Both the position numbers and the translations under genes were made by a program. The notes under the pieces were generated by a model. The model had not been told where the DNA came from. It was given only the letters and a program-made list of their open reading frames with translations, and made no database searches. Of a stretch of 64,000 nucleotides of DNA, positions 11,161 through 23,640 are shown in pieces. The DNA is from Callorhinchus milii (Eukaryota), in contig NW_024704743.1 of NCBI RefSeq assembly GCF_018977255.1, positions 5,024,001 through 5,088,000 on the forward strand, read 5' to 3'. How positions within the stretch are numbered: the first letter of the stretch is position 1; each line of letters opens with the position of its first letter.

Positions 11161-11892
11161 CCCCAGCCTCCCCCAAAAAATGTCAGAGACACTTTTGCTG
11201 GTGACTGGTAGCAGAGACTTAGGTCCAGGGATTTTTAGGCACCTTTGTTGACACAATCTGCCTCCACTGGGAGCTGTCCATTCAGTAATGCCGTGATCTC
11301 GGATCAATAAAATGGGCACAATGTGGTCTCCAAATACCTGCATCATCCCTTATAAATAACAAAATATTCAGCAAATTTCACATATGTTGTATCAGTCAGG
11401 ACCACAACATTTAATATGACTCGTTCGGAAGTCCTGAGTTACAGGCAAACCTTGTAAGTCATATAAAATCTGATTTCATCAATAATCGACACTGTGGATG
11501 CATAATTCAATGCAACCGGTAAGTGCGCACGTCATCAAGACCGCATTTCCCGTGATTCAATGCTTCTTGATCCGTTGCCACATGAGCACTTGCGTTACGA
11601 GTTAGGAGATGATTTATATGACTAGTGAAAATAAATCTTGAGTGGCTTTGATAGAAAACTGAATGGGACTCCGGTGATTGTAAGACTTAGCCAATTATAC
11701 AATTTATAATGACGACTTATAAGTCTTATGCGAGTTTTACTGTAAAACACAGGCAGGTGTGGTTCTTTACCATAGCTCCTTAATGAGCTTGTACTGGGAA
11801 CTAGTGACTATGTAGTACAATCAGGTACATACAGCAGCACAAATCATATAGTACTTTATTATTATTAACGATAATAATAATAACATTTGATA

Positions 11893-12275
11893 TGGAGTCC
11901 TGTCGAGTATTGGTTAGAGCCTTTGCCTCGCAAGCAAGATGATTCCCGGCAGGTCAAAACCTTAGACAAGTTTCCTTACTCCCAACGCCTCTATTTACCT
12001 AGCAGTAAGTAGGAACCCAGTTGGGGATCACATTCCGGGAGCAATAATCTTTTAAAAAAATAAAATGAATAAATAAGAATGATTTGGTCACTGAATTCAC
12101 GACTGTTTGTGCAACACTTCTGGCAATGGTCGGCTGCCACATTTAGCCCACAAAACATTCACTTGGCGGTATAATTTGTGAAGCGCTTTAAGACGTCTCA
12201 ACCATGTGACAAGGCACTATATCAAATGCAAGGATTATTATTGGTATTATTGGTATTATTATTATTATTATTATA
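11893..12275 (+). mobile_element. CORE/Deu SINE, long form, inserted into an older antisense SINE tail
   Basis: TGGAGTCCTG head through (ATT)n tail; the flanks join to give CATTTGATA|TAGTGCCTTATCA. Confidence 0.8.
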
Positions 12276-13365
12276 TAGTGCCTTATCATGTTGCCAAAAC
12301 ATCTCAAAGCCCTGAAGGGGGAGTGCTTTAAAACTGACAGATTCTGTCTCCCTGTTCAAGTGGATGTTAAATATCCCATAGTACTATTCAAAAAGAGAAG
12401 GGAGTGCCATCCATTTCATGGCTGTTTGTTGGACTTTGTTGTGCCCAAATAAGATGCTGGATTTGCTTACAAATACAATGTCACTACACTTGACACTAAT
12501 TGTTATAAAATGCTTTGAGGCATTTCAACACAATAAGACACAATAAAAATGCATTTTGCATCATGAAAGCTAATTCTTTGTGTGTGCAAATCACTTTGTA
12601 GTCCTACTTCAACTAAAGCAACTCAGCCGCTCCTTTCATTCAGCGAATCGTGGGGTCCCTACGACTTGCTCCCTCCCTCGTTTGAAGCCTGTCTCAAGAT
12701 GTACATCTTTTGACTGCCCTTTCGGGCACCTGTGCCCTTCCCACCCTCTTCAGCTCTCACCCTCGCCTGGGCTGCCCGACTAGCTGCGCCTAACGCTTTC
12801 AACATGGACATTCACTTCATGGCTGTTTGTGCGACATTGCTGTGTGCATAGTGGCTGCCATGTTCGTCTACAAATACACAGTCATTAGACTTCACAGTAA
12901 AATCCTGGGAAGTGCTTTGCGATGGTTCAAAAGCATGATAAGGTTGTCAACTGCAAGGATTATTTATTATTGTGCATTGAATAATAGCTTAAAAATCAAT
13001 TCTGTTAATTCATTTAAGAATAACTAAGATATAACTAGATGTTCAGCATCTGTCATGTGGATATAAAAATAGTAGAGGTGCATCTGAATGTAATGAAACA
13101 CTGCGTTAAATATCATTTTGTAGATTTAATTGTAGGAATTGATTAAATCATAATGAAAGCGTTTCATTCATTAAATACTCAGTCAAATCACTTTACATTA
13201 TATCCCGTGAAATGCTTTGAGACGTCTCGACTAAATGATAAGGCACTATTTCAAATGCAAGGATTATTATTGTTGTTGCTGTTATTATTAAGAATGACAA
13301 TTGAAGTAACTTTGTCTTTTTGTGAGTGAATGTGGCTCATGTGTATATTTTCATTTAATTTACAG

Positions 13366-13457
13366 CTAAACTTTCTCCTGTTTATTAGTATTATACGAAT
13401 TCTGGTACAGAAGCTAAGGTCACCAGACATTGGAAGAAATGACCAGTTGCAGTACAA
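13366..13457 (+). CDS. VIPR2: VPAC2-like exon 10 (TM5-ICL3): [31 protein letters not shown]
   Basis: atttacag| ... |gtaaga; 92 nt, phase 0 to 2; resembles [31 protein letters not shown]. Confidence 0.92.
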
Positions 13458-13814
13458 GTAAGAAACCTTTCAATCTTTCACTCTGTTCACCTATAGAAAT
13501 TGTCACGACACAAACATTACGTGCATCAGTTTAGCTTTGTTGATAGCACTCTCACCTCTGAGTCAGAAGGTGCTGGTTTTAAGCCCAACATTGGGTTTTT
13601 GAACACATATAGTCTAGATTGACAGCCCAATTCATTTTTGGAAGTGTCATCCTTGGAATAAGACCTTAAACCCTCGTCCCATCTGCCTATTCAAGTGGAC
13701 ATTAAAATCCTATGGAAACAACTTGAAAAGAGAAGGGAGTTCCCCCTGGTGCTCTGGATAACTATCCCTCAGATAAAATTGTTCATTCACTTCATGGCTG
13801 CTTGTGGGACCTTG

Positions 13815-14201
13815 CCTTGTCCAAAATCCTGGTCCTCACCATCAAAGCCTCCATGGCCTTGCTCCCCCCCCCACCCCCTGTGACGTCCTAACACCCTACC
13901 AACCTGCCCACTCCCTCCGCTCAGCAGGCTCTGGCGGGCGGGCCTTCAGCCGCTCTGCCCTCCCACCCTCTGGAACTCCATCCCACAGTCCCTCTGCTTC
14001 ACCCTCTCCCTTGCTTCCTTCAAGACCCATCTCAAGATCCTCCTCTTCGACCGTGCCTTCGGTCACCTTTCTTCCCGCCCTGCCCTCCACCTGCCCCAAT
14101 CCTGACACCCCAGCTCGGGTCCGAAACACTGACTGTCCAGCGCCTTGGGACGTCCTCCTGATGTGAAAGGCGCTATACAAATGTAATTTTGTTGTTGTTG
14201 T
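13815..14201 (+). mobile_element. L2 LINE 3' fragment (subfamily A), nested in a Deu SINE
   Basis: GGRAFSRSA..LWNSIP, tail CAGCGCCTTGGGACGTCCTCCTGATGTGAAAGGCGCT(GTT)n. Confidence 0.85.
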
Positions 14202-14475
14202 GTCCAAAAGGGCTACTGGGTGCATCTACGGAATACAAAGTCACTACACTTTACAGTTTATATAGTGAAGCGCTTTGAGACATCCTCCTGATGTGAAAGA
14301 CGCTGTATAAGATACAAGGATTGTTATTATTTACCAGCGCTCCAAAAATCTATCCTGCGTGAAGTGAGCTATATAATTGCAAGTTGTTGTCGTTCTTTTC
14401 ATTTGACTTGTCCAGGGAACATACACTGTAAATGCTACATCAATGATTCTTGTTTTTTTTTCAAATGAATCACAG

Positions 14476-14605
14476 GAGACTTACCAAATCTACCTTGCTC
14501 CTAATTCCGCTGTTTGGGGTTCACTACATGGTGTTTGCCTTTTTCCCACATAACGTCTCTACAAACTATAAGATCGCATTTGAATTATGTTTGGGATCTT
14601 TCCAG
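14476..14605 (+). CDS. VIPR2: VPAC2-like exon 11 (TM6-ECL3-TM7): [43 protein letters not shown]
   Basis: aatcacag| ... |gtaagg; 130 nt, phase 2 to 0; [17 protein letters not shown] and FELCLGSFQ are VPAC2-type. Confidence 0.93.
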
Positions 14606-14706
14606 GTAAGGTTAGAACTCTCATTGCATGCAGGTTTCGGACGCGGAGACTGACAGCGAGTGGGTATTCCTGTTAAATGGTTGAGGGTTAGTAATTTAAC
14701 AGGAAA

Positions 14707-15105
14707 TGGAGTTAGTCCTGTAGTCTATTGGTTGGAGCCCCAACCAACCTTGCAAGCGAGAGCATCCAGGTTCGAATCTTGGACGGGGCAAGACCTTAGG
14801 CAAGTTTCCTTACTCCACACGCTTCTGTTTACCCAGCGGTAAGTAAGAAACCGGTTGTTAGTCGATTGGCGGATCACTTTCCAGGGATAATAATCACTTC
14901 AAAAAAATAAATAAATAAAACTTGTACTAATAATTTGGTCACTCAATCCATGACTGTTTGTGGGGACGCTGCTGTGCGCAATTGGCTGCCGCGTTTCACC
15001 CACAAAATATACAGTCAATTCACTTTACAGTATATGCTGTGAAGCGTTTTAAGACGTCTGAACGACGTGATAAGGCTATATCAAATGCAAAGATTATTAT
15101 TATTA
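14707..15105 (+). mobile_element. CORE/Deu SINE, long form, filling most of intron 11
   Basis: Full head-CORE-body-tail; ends about 26 nt upstream of exon 12. Confidence 0.85.
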
Positions 15106-15131
15106 ACTTTCCAATTGTTCTCCTCTTGCAG

Positions 15132-15173
15132 GGCCTGGTTGTTGCAATTTTGTATTGCTTTCTAAATAGCGAG
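15132..15173 (+). CDS. VIPR2: VPAC2-like exon 12 (TM7): GLVVAILYCFLNSE
   Basis: ctcttgcag| ... |gtaagt; the 42-nt phase 0-0 exon typical of secretin-family receptors. Confidence 0.93.
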
Positions 15174-15505
15174 GTAAGTTACTCTGATGGTTTAAGGAGT
15201 TATTCGATATTTCATTCACAAATTAAGCTCCTACCCCCACTCTCACCCCCTCCTGATCCCAACCACCAGCTCAGGTGCGGATCCCTGACTGTCCAGTGCC
15301 TTGCGACATCCTCCTGACGTGAAAGGCGCTACGCAAATGTAATTTGCCGTCGTTGTTGTTGAATGGCCTACTCTTGTTCCTACGATCCTCTCAAAAAGAC
15401 GCCATGAGCCGAATAGGCCTTTCTGTGTTTAAAACCCCTAAAGTAGCAATTTTCTCCCCAGTAGTTTGGTTTCAGCCATTGACGTTCCTCATTTCTGAAA
15501 CGCAG

Positions 15506-15664
15506 GTGCAAACTGAACTGAAAAGGAAGTGGCGGGGTGTCATCTCGAACCGTAAACTGAACGCTGACGACAATATGCATCGCACGTCAATCACGGGCAA
15601 TGGCTCCTCAATTCGGAACGCCTGCGCCCAGTCCATCCAGCAGTCCGAAACCTCCGTTGTGTAA
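15506..15664 (+). CDS. VIPR2: VPAC2-like terminal coding exon (helix 8 and C-tail): VQTELKRKWRGVISNRKLNADDNMHRTSITGNGSSIRNACAQSIQQSETSVV*
   Basis: aaacgcag|; stop TAA 15662-15664; VQxELKRKWR and C-terminus AQSxxQxETSV(V/I) match VPAC2; class I PDZ-ligand-like end S-V-V. Confidence 0.9.
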   Translation: MQTELKRKWRGVISNRKLNADDNMHRTSITGNGSSIRNACAQSIQQSETSVV

Positions 15665-15686
15665 AATGTGGCTTCGAAAAACAGCT

Positions 15687-15692
15687 AATAAA
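15687..15692 (+). promoter_or_regulatory. Candidate proximal polyadenylation signal AATAAA
   Basis: Hexamer 22 nt after the stop codon; whether it is used cannot be shown from sequence. Confidence 0.2.
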
Positions 15693-17561
15693 ATATTGCA
15701 TGCATCATGTATGTGGTGGAAGGTTTTGGATAAACTGGTGCAAATATCCGGACGGTCGCTTCTAAAGAACCTTAGAATATTCCTCTTGCGGCGTATGTGC
15801 TTCTTAAGCTTCGTAACAATGTGCACGGATGTTTCGAGACGTCTTTAAACAGACTTCTTTTCCTAGGATTTCTTGAAAATCAAAGGGTTATTTCTTATAT
15901 GTCATATCTTGTACATAACCAGTGACCGCTTTCAGGATTAATTTACTTTGCGCTGTCTGGCACCTTTTTTCCTTCACGTGGAAAAAAAAATTCCATCTCA
16001 GTTTGGCATCTCCCACTTACCTGAGCTGCAGAATTTGAAGTGCATTGGATTTATAACATCAAAAGCCCTTCGGGGAAAATGGTTGGGTCGCTCACCCAAC
16101 CAGTATATCAGTTATTTTAAATGAAAATGTTTTCTTCAACCTCCAGGGAGCCAGAACCTATTGCCTCTGAGTCAGAAGGTCGTGAGTTTGAGCCCCAGAT
16201 GAAGGCTTCGAACTCACGTAGTCCAGGCTGATGCTCCAATGCAGTGCTGGGGCAGCCTACGTTGTCAGAGACGCTGTTCATCAGATGGACGTTAAATCAA
16301 GGTGCCCTGTGATCGTTTAAAAAGAGGGGAATCTCTTCCAATGCTCTCTGGCCAACAATCCCCCAGATAACATTGGTCATTCGCTTCTGTGGAAGTTTGC
16401 TGTGTGGAAATTCACGGTTATGTTTGCCTGTGAAGCGCTTTGAGACAACCTTCCCAAAGTGGTAGGGGCTGTCGCGTTGCTAATCAAAAACGGAGAATAG
16501 AACGGAATGCACGTTCGTTTGGCCTTATTTTAAAAAAAATCTTGTGAAATGTAAAACTGGGATAATTTGGAAGAGAGAGTCTCCGTTCACCTCACTGTAC
16601 CCACTCTCTCGACGTCAGAATTAAAATATTTACTGGGCCAACCCACTGTGCATCAGGACTGTGAGCATTCAATCTACTCTAGGCCGACACTCCAGTGCAA
16701 TGTTATAGGGGCTACATTCCACCATTGGCCCCGGAATATTAGTGATAATGTGATTCCAGGAAGCGACTCCCGAATTAAGGAGATCAGCAAACTTCTAAAC
16801 CACGACAACAAATTGCACTTATATCGCGCCCTTCACACGGGGCAGTGTCTCGGACAGCTTATCAGTGGCGGAGCCTGACCCCGAGCCAAGACCTAGGGCG
16901 GAGGTGACCATATATACGGTCGAAGAGTAAGGTTTCGGTCGCGATCTAAAAGAGGGGAAGGAGGGGGCAAGGCGGAGGGATCGAGGGAGAGAGTTCCAAA
17001 GCTTTGGGGCACCTTCACACACACACACAGACACACACAGAGGCAAGAGGACATCTGGGACATACACCACTGTTAGGAGCTTTGTCCTATTTGCTGATCT
17101 AAACACGGTTTTCTGGCCTATTCCTATCATGAGTCTTCAGTGAAAGCTCAAGGGTTTGGAAATTTCTCTCGCGTAAAGTCAGTGTCGGTCTCACACCAAA
17201 CTTAAGTGAAAATTCCTTGTAAGCCAGTGAAGTCCACTTTGCCTTTCCTGACGGTGCGGATTGAGGTGACAATCTCGTCGTCTTTAATCTGAACAAGAAC
17301 TAAAAAAAAGTGGTACAAGTGAAATAACTTTAGTTTGTAATATCACCACCGACTCTTTTTTTTAGCACAATGCCTGCAAAAAGTTAGACGTGGAACAGGC
17401 AGAAACGAGTGATTTCCTTGTTTTTTTGGTCAGTTTATGTAAGTAAGAGAACCAAAGCAGTTCCCAAAACTGTTTGAATGCAGTTTAGATATTGGTGATC
17501 ACAAAAGTTTTTAATCTTGTTTCTATTTTTCCACTCCATTTTTTTCTCCCTTTCTTCTCAT

Positions 17562-17790
17562 CAACAACAACAACAATAACAACTTGGATTTATATAGCGC
17601 CCTCCACGCCGAACGGCGTCTCAGCGCGCTTTACAGTAACGGATCCCGGGACCGAGCCAGGGGGAGGGGGGTGGGGGGGGAAGGTGACCAAAGGTGCGGT
17701 CGAAAAGAAAGGTCTTCAGCAGAGACCTGAAAATGGGAAGGGAGGGAGCGAGACGAAGGGAGTGAGGGAGGCAGTTCCAGAGCCTCGGGC
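17562..17790 (-). mobile_element. L2 LINE 3' fragment (B-type tail)
   Basis: PRLWNCLPHSLRLAPSLPIFRSLLKTFLFDR; variant stem-loop. Confidence 0.8.
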
Positions 17791-18256
17791 AATAACTGAA
17801 GGCAATAACTCCCTCCTGAGAACTTGAACCCACAACCTGTTGACTCAGAGGCAGGAGTGCTGCCAACTGAAACAGGCCAAAAATTCTTTGTCATGGTTAC
17901 ATATTGCTTTTTGCGCATTTTATTGTTTCACAAAGCTTTACCACATGTGAGTCTCGTCGTATTGAAAAAATATGATTCTCCTTAAATAAGAACGAGGAAC
18001 ACAGAACAACGTGACAAGGCAAAGAATTAGGCGCTCTATCAAATGCAAGATTACTATTATTTATTATTATTTTTGTGCAAGATTATTATTATTTATTAAA
18101 GCCAGCTTTTGCAGCTCTGCTTCTGGATGTTCATATACTGAGCAGTTCTATGCAAAGCAAGCTCCAGTCAATTACTTCTGCGACCCCCACTGAAAGGGAT
18201 CCAGCTGATATCATGTGGTTTCATTCTCGTGTTGGGTTCTTCCAAGACTTCTAAAT

Positions 18257-18656
18257 TGGAGTACTGTAGCTTATTGGTTAGAGCACTCGCCTCGCAAGGG
18301 AAAGGACCCGGGTTTGATTCCCGGCCGGGGTGAAACCTTAGTCAAGTTTCCCTACTCCACGCTCCTCTGTTTACCTAGGAGTGAGTAATAACCCGGTTGT
18401 TAGTCGATTGGAGGCTTGATTTTCTGGGGCTAATAATCCCTTAAAAAAAAATTATTTTGAAAATAATAGTAATTTGGTCATTAAATCTACGATTGTTTGT
18501 GGAAAACTGCTGTGTGCAATTGGCTGCCCCATTTCGCCCACATATTATACAATGAATACACTTTGCAGTATATTTTGTGAAGCATTTTGAGACGTCTCAT
18601 TAACATGATAAAGCGCCATATCAAATGTGAGGATTATTATTATTATTATTATTATT
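18257..18656 (+). mobile_element. CORE/Deu SINE, long form
   Basis: Full head-CORE-body-(ATT)n. Confidence 0.85.
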
Positions 18657-18884
18657 TTGTTTCAAAAGCTAATCATGGTGCATCCTTAAACCGGTCTGGC
18701 TTGGTTTGTACTATTCAAAAAGTGAAGCGGTTTTCTCCGGTGTCCGAGCTGTCAATTCCCCAGACAATAAATTGGTAATTGGTAATTCAACGGTTTGTGG
18801 GGCATTTGCTGTGGGCGAGTTGGCTGTTGCAGTTCTCTTAGAAATACACAGTCACTGCACTTTACGGGAAAACTGTGAAAACTA

Positions 18885-19212
18885 TGGAGTCCTGTAGCTC
18901 AGTGTTTAGAGCACTTGCCTTGCAAGCGAGACACCTGGGTTCAATTCTCGGCAGGGCGAAACTTTGGCCAAGTTTCCTTACTCCACACGCCTAATAATAA
19001 TCCCTCCAAAAAAACCAAACAAAAAAAAACAATAATAAATTTCTCATTTTCAATCCACGACTGTTTGTGGGACACTGCTGTGCGCAATTGGCTGCCGCGT
19101 TCACCCACAAATATACAGTCAATTCACTTTACAGCATATTCTGTGAAGGGCTTTTGAGACGTCGAGAAGACGTGAAAAGCGCTATATCAAGTGCGACGAT
19201 TATTATTATTAT
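18885..19212 (+). mobile_element. CORE/Deu SINE, short form (3' part of CORE deleted)
   Basis: ACTCCACACGCC joined directly to TAATAATAATCCCTCC; tail loop GAGAA. Confidence 0.88.
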
Positions 19213-22200
19213 AAAAAGGTTCTCTACCAAAGCAAGGTTATTATTATTTATGATTATTATTATGTCTGTTGTTGGCAGATTTAGCTTTGAGCCAAAAAGC
19301 ATCTCTTTCTTCTTCATTGTGATTGCCAGTTGATTGGTTTCTTCTGCCCACAGCATCTAAGAAAGTGTCCATCACAGTTGGCCCCAGGTTATTAAACCTC
19401 CGCTGCAAAAGAGCACAGCTGAAGACTGAGGCATTCTAGTCTCAGGCTGACCTCCAAGGCGCGTATGCTGTATAGATCTATTGACAGCACTCTTTATGGA
19501 ACATAAAGGCCTAATTGAAAAACATCTGCAGGGCTACATAAACCTTTTACCAGTGATTTTGAAGTAAACATAAAGGCATCCAATGACTTGGCCACTCTTT
19601 GGGGGACAGTGCAGGGCGACAGGGTTCAATCCATGTGAAGTGGCCGTTTACGAGTGTTATTCCGTTGGCAGTCTACAAATTATACAAAAGCAAAACTCAC
19701 ATGAAAAAGATTTTCTAGGAATTTTTTTCCTCTGACAGTGGAGAAATGGAAAATATAATAATAATAGTAACAGTAATCCTTGCATTCGATATAGCGCCTC
19801 ATCACATCTTCAGGATGTCTCAAAGCGCTTCACAGAATACACTGTAAAGTGAATTGACTGTATATTTTGTGGCTGAAACACAGCAGCCAATTGCTCACAG
19901 CAGTGCCCCACACACACTAGTGGATTGAGTGATCAATTTATTATTTTTTTATTCTTTTAGGGAATTGTTATCCCCAGAAAAGCGATCCGTCAAAATGATA
20001 AAGGCATGAAAACTGCCAGGACTTTGGATTAGCAAAGTGATGCCCCAGTTCACCATTGGAGGTTGCACTGCATTGTTGGAGGTGCCATCCTTCAGCCCCA
20101 TCACACCTGTCTGCCTGTTCAGGGAAGCTTTCAATTTCTTGTGGTACTCTCTGAAAAGAGAAGGGAGTTTCTCCCGGCCAACAATCCCTGCAGATAAAAT
20201 GTAAAACATTTTATAAAACCAAAAGTTGCTTGCATTTTAAAATGTCGCAATATACAGGCCAGGCCTGTTATAATATGGGTAGTGAGGGTGAGTTGTCCTT
20301 AAAAATGAGAATGGGATGCAATATATCGAGTCTTCAGATGTCCTTGAAACATCTCAAAGCACTTCATAAGATTTACTGTATAGTGTAGTGACTGTGTATT
20401 TACAGGTAAAGGTGTCAGCCAATTTGCTCCCATACTATACCACAAACAGCCACGTAGTGAGTGATCAATTCTATCTAGGACATGTGGAGAAAGCTCCATC
20501 ATTCTTTTTGAAGCCACAATGTTCTGATTCAGAGGTAAGAGTGCAACTACCTGAGCCAGTCTGACACTTAAAGCAACAGGTTAGTTAGTGGACAACTCTT
20601 CCCCTTGATAGCGAGGTTCATTACAAGGGCGTACATCTATAAAATCAGATGTAAACAGGTTAGAATTGAGAGCAGGAAGCCTTTCTATGCACAGAGGGGT
20701 GAAGATATGGAATGCTGAGAAAACTGTAGAGGCAGAATTAAAAAGGATTTTTTAAAGACCAATAGTTAAATACTTAGATAATAGAAGTATAAAGGGGTAC
20801 CGAGAAAGGGCAGGGTATCGGGATTAAAAGATCGGACTAGATCTAATAAACAAGAGGAACAGGTTTTCTGGGCTGAATGGCCTCTTTCTGTTTTGGTTTT
20901 GTTATGTTTCTGATTTGTTTTGTTCCGAGACACTATTCCAGGTGCTACATAAGTGTTAGGTGTTCTTGGCTTCCTGTACTGAGGGCAATAATAAAATGTG
21001 AGCATCAAAATGTGTCAGGTTCTACGCCCCTACCATCTGGAATTCTCTCCCTCTCTTCGACTTGTTCCCTCTCTATCTACTTTCAAGTTCCTACTCTTCA
21101 ATGGTCATCTTCCCCTTCCCCTCAACTTACTGTCCAACCCTGTCACTGTTAAAGTAGGTTATAATAACAATAATAATTCTTGCATTCGATATAGCGCCTT
21201 ATCACGTCTTCGTGACGTCTCAAAGCGCTTCACAGGATATACTGTAACACATAGTGACTGGACATTTTGTGGGCGAAATGTAGCAGCCAATTGCGCACAG
21301 CAGTGTCCCACAAACAGTCGTGGATTGAGTGGTGAAACTATCATTATCATTAGTGGAGGGATTATCAGATTATTATTAGATTATTATCATGCGGTCTAAG
21401 GGCTCTGGGACGCTATATGAATGCACGTTGTTGGTGTCGGTGGTGGTTCCTGGTGCAGTTGACTCAGTCGTTAGAAGCTCAATTCATCTCATCAGAGAGA
21501 GAAACCACTTGCACCAACGTGACCAACTATTCTTCCACCCGCTGGGCAGATGGAGAATACCTTCGGGATCAGTCTGCAGACTTGTGTCAATTGATGCTGG
21601 TAACAGCTGAGTGGACAAGGGTCCTCCCTAACACCGTTAAGGCCATTAAATCGCTAATGTCAATGTGGCCCCTGGCTCTACAACATATAAAGCTCCCCCC
21701 CCCCCCCCCCCGCCTACCTCCTATTCTCTTCCTATCTCTGCACAGCTTAGAGATGTATTAATATTTTTTTTTAGATGTTGTACCTTTTATTAGCTTCTGG
21801 CTGCCAGGCGTTTAACGAACAGAAGAGTAAGTGGTGACTTAGAGGCCTCACAAAATCATAATTAATCCAATGAGCAAACACAGAAACTCTGCAGAAAGCA
21901 AAGTGCATCGCCAAAGAGTCCAGCTCACCCTGCAATTTTAATACGTCAGGGAAAATGTTATAGAGTTCTTAAAAATAAACAAGATTGATCACCCTTACAA
22001 ATTTAACCCAAGGGCGGAGAACATCAAAGTAGCAGATGGCATCCTGCTGTCAGCATAAATGACGGTATTTTAAAGTCTATTCAGAGAGAATTTATAGAAC
22101 GGAGTGTGATAAATTAGACAATGAGCCTTTATTCCACAAGGAAAGGCTTGAATTCTACTATGAGGCTTGTGATATAGAACACGCAGCCATAGCAGCAAAA

Positions 22201-22282
22201 TTAATAGCTTGAAGAATTGTCAGGATCGACCTCTGAGAATGTGGATTCTGGATCATCCATCAATCTTCAAATGTCAACTGAG

Positions 22283-22350
22283 TGAGAGAGAGACCGAGGG
22301 AAGGAGGGAGGGATAGAGAGAGAGAGAGAGAGAGCGAGAAAGAGAGGAAG
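22283..22350. repeat. (GA)n / purine-rich microsatellite
   Basis: Read directly. Confidence 0.8.
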
Positions 22351-22685
22351 AAAGTTTTATTTTTATAGTGCTTATTATATCAAATTATATTTACTCTCTA
22401 GTTATTAGCACAGGTAATTACTGTCACATGTAATGACTGTCTTTATAGACAAACTGTTCAAAAATATAATGCCGGGTCAAACAAATACAAACCCCCAGAA
22501 AATTAATATTACAATGTTTATCAGATTGATTTTGTTATTTATTGTATTATTCAGTATTTCTTAATATCGTGTAACGGGAATGCATTCTAAATAGAGAAGT
22601 AAGGGGAAAGAGTCGTGGATCAATGAAGGAATTTAAGAAATGGAGTACATACATCATTGAAAACTTTTTAGTGAATCTAGAAAGT

Positions 22686-23608
22686 ATCATAGAATCATAG
22701 AATCGTACAGCACAAAAAGAGGCCATTCGGCCCATCAAGTTTGTGACGGCTCTTTGAAAAGAGCAATGTAATGTCAATCCCACTCCTCAGCCCTTTCCCC
22801 ATAACCCTGCAAACCCGTCCTCCTCAAATACCCGTCCACCGCGTTTTTAAAAGTAGTTATCGAATCGGCCTCCACTACCCTTTCAGGCAACGCGTTCCAG
22901 ATTCGAACAACTCGCTGCGTGAAAAAAAAATTCTCACCTCCCCTCTGCTTCTTTTAGAGACTATTTTGAATCTGTGACCTCGAGCCACCGACACACCCAC
23001 CAGTGGAAACAGTTTTTCCCTTTCTAACCTATCAAATCCCCTCATGATTTTGAAGACCTCTATTAGGTCTCTTCGTAACCTTCTCTGCTCCAATGAGAAT
23101 AATCCCAGTCTCTCCAGCCTTTCCTCATCATCACGGTCCCTCATTCCTGGTACCATTCTTGTAAATCTCCTCTGCACCCTTTCCAATGCCTTAACATCCT
23201 TCCTATAATGTGGTGCCCAGAACTGGGCACAATATTCTAACTGAGGCCTAACCAGTGTTTTATGTAGGTTAATCATATCCTCCTGACTCTTGTACTCTAT
23301 GCCCCTATTTATAATTCCTAGTATCCCATATGCCCTTTTTAAAGCTTTATCTACCTGTCCTGCCACCTTCAAGGATTCATTTACCTGCACCCCCAGGTCT
23401 CTCTGTACTTTCACCCCCCTTAAGATTGTATTACCAGCCTATGTTGCCTCCCCTCATTCTTTCTACCAAAATGCATTACCTCTCATTTCTCCACATTGAA
23501 ATTCATCTGCCATATGTCTGCCCACTTTACCATTCTGTCTATGTCTTCCTGCAGTTGGCTACTATCCTTCTCATTGTTTACCACCCTACCTAACTTTGTG
23601 TCATCCGT
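22686..23608 (-). mobile_element. CR1 LINE 3' part (RT C-terminal region)
   Basis: ORF 22875-23414 RDLGV...LVRPQLEYCAQFWAPHYRKD...LERVQRRFTRM...LGLFSLEQRRLRRDLIEVFKI; DDTK motif near 23600; (ATTCTATG)n octamer tail. Confidence 0.92.
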
Positions 23609-23640
23609 ACAAGTAATCAAAAAGACTATTCACAAGATCA

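Noticed and set aside
13458..14475. PAC1-type hip/hop cassette exon in ICL3
   Set aside because: The intron is accounted for by SINE and L2 sequence; no 81-84 nt cassette is recognisable
18168..18250. Minus-strand peptide SWIPFSGGRRSN resembling the P450 heme motif
   Set aside because: The essential Cys is absent, a stop follows, and no other P450 exon is visible
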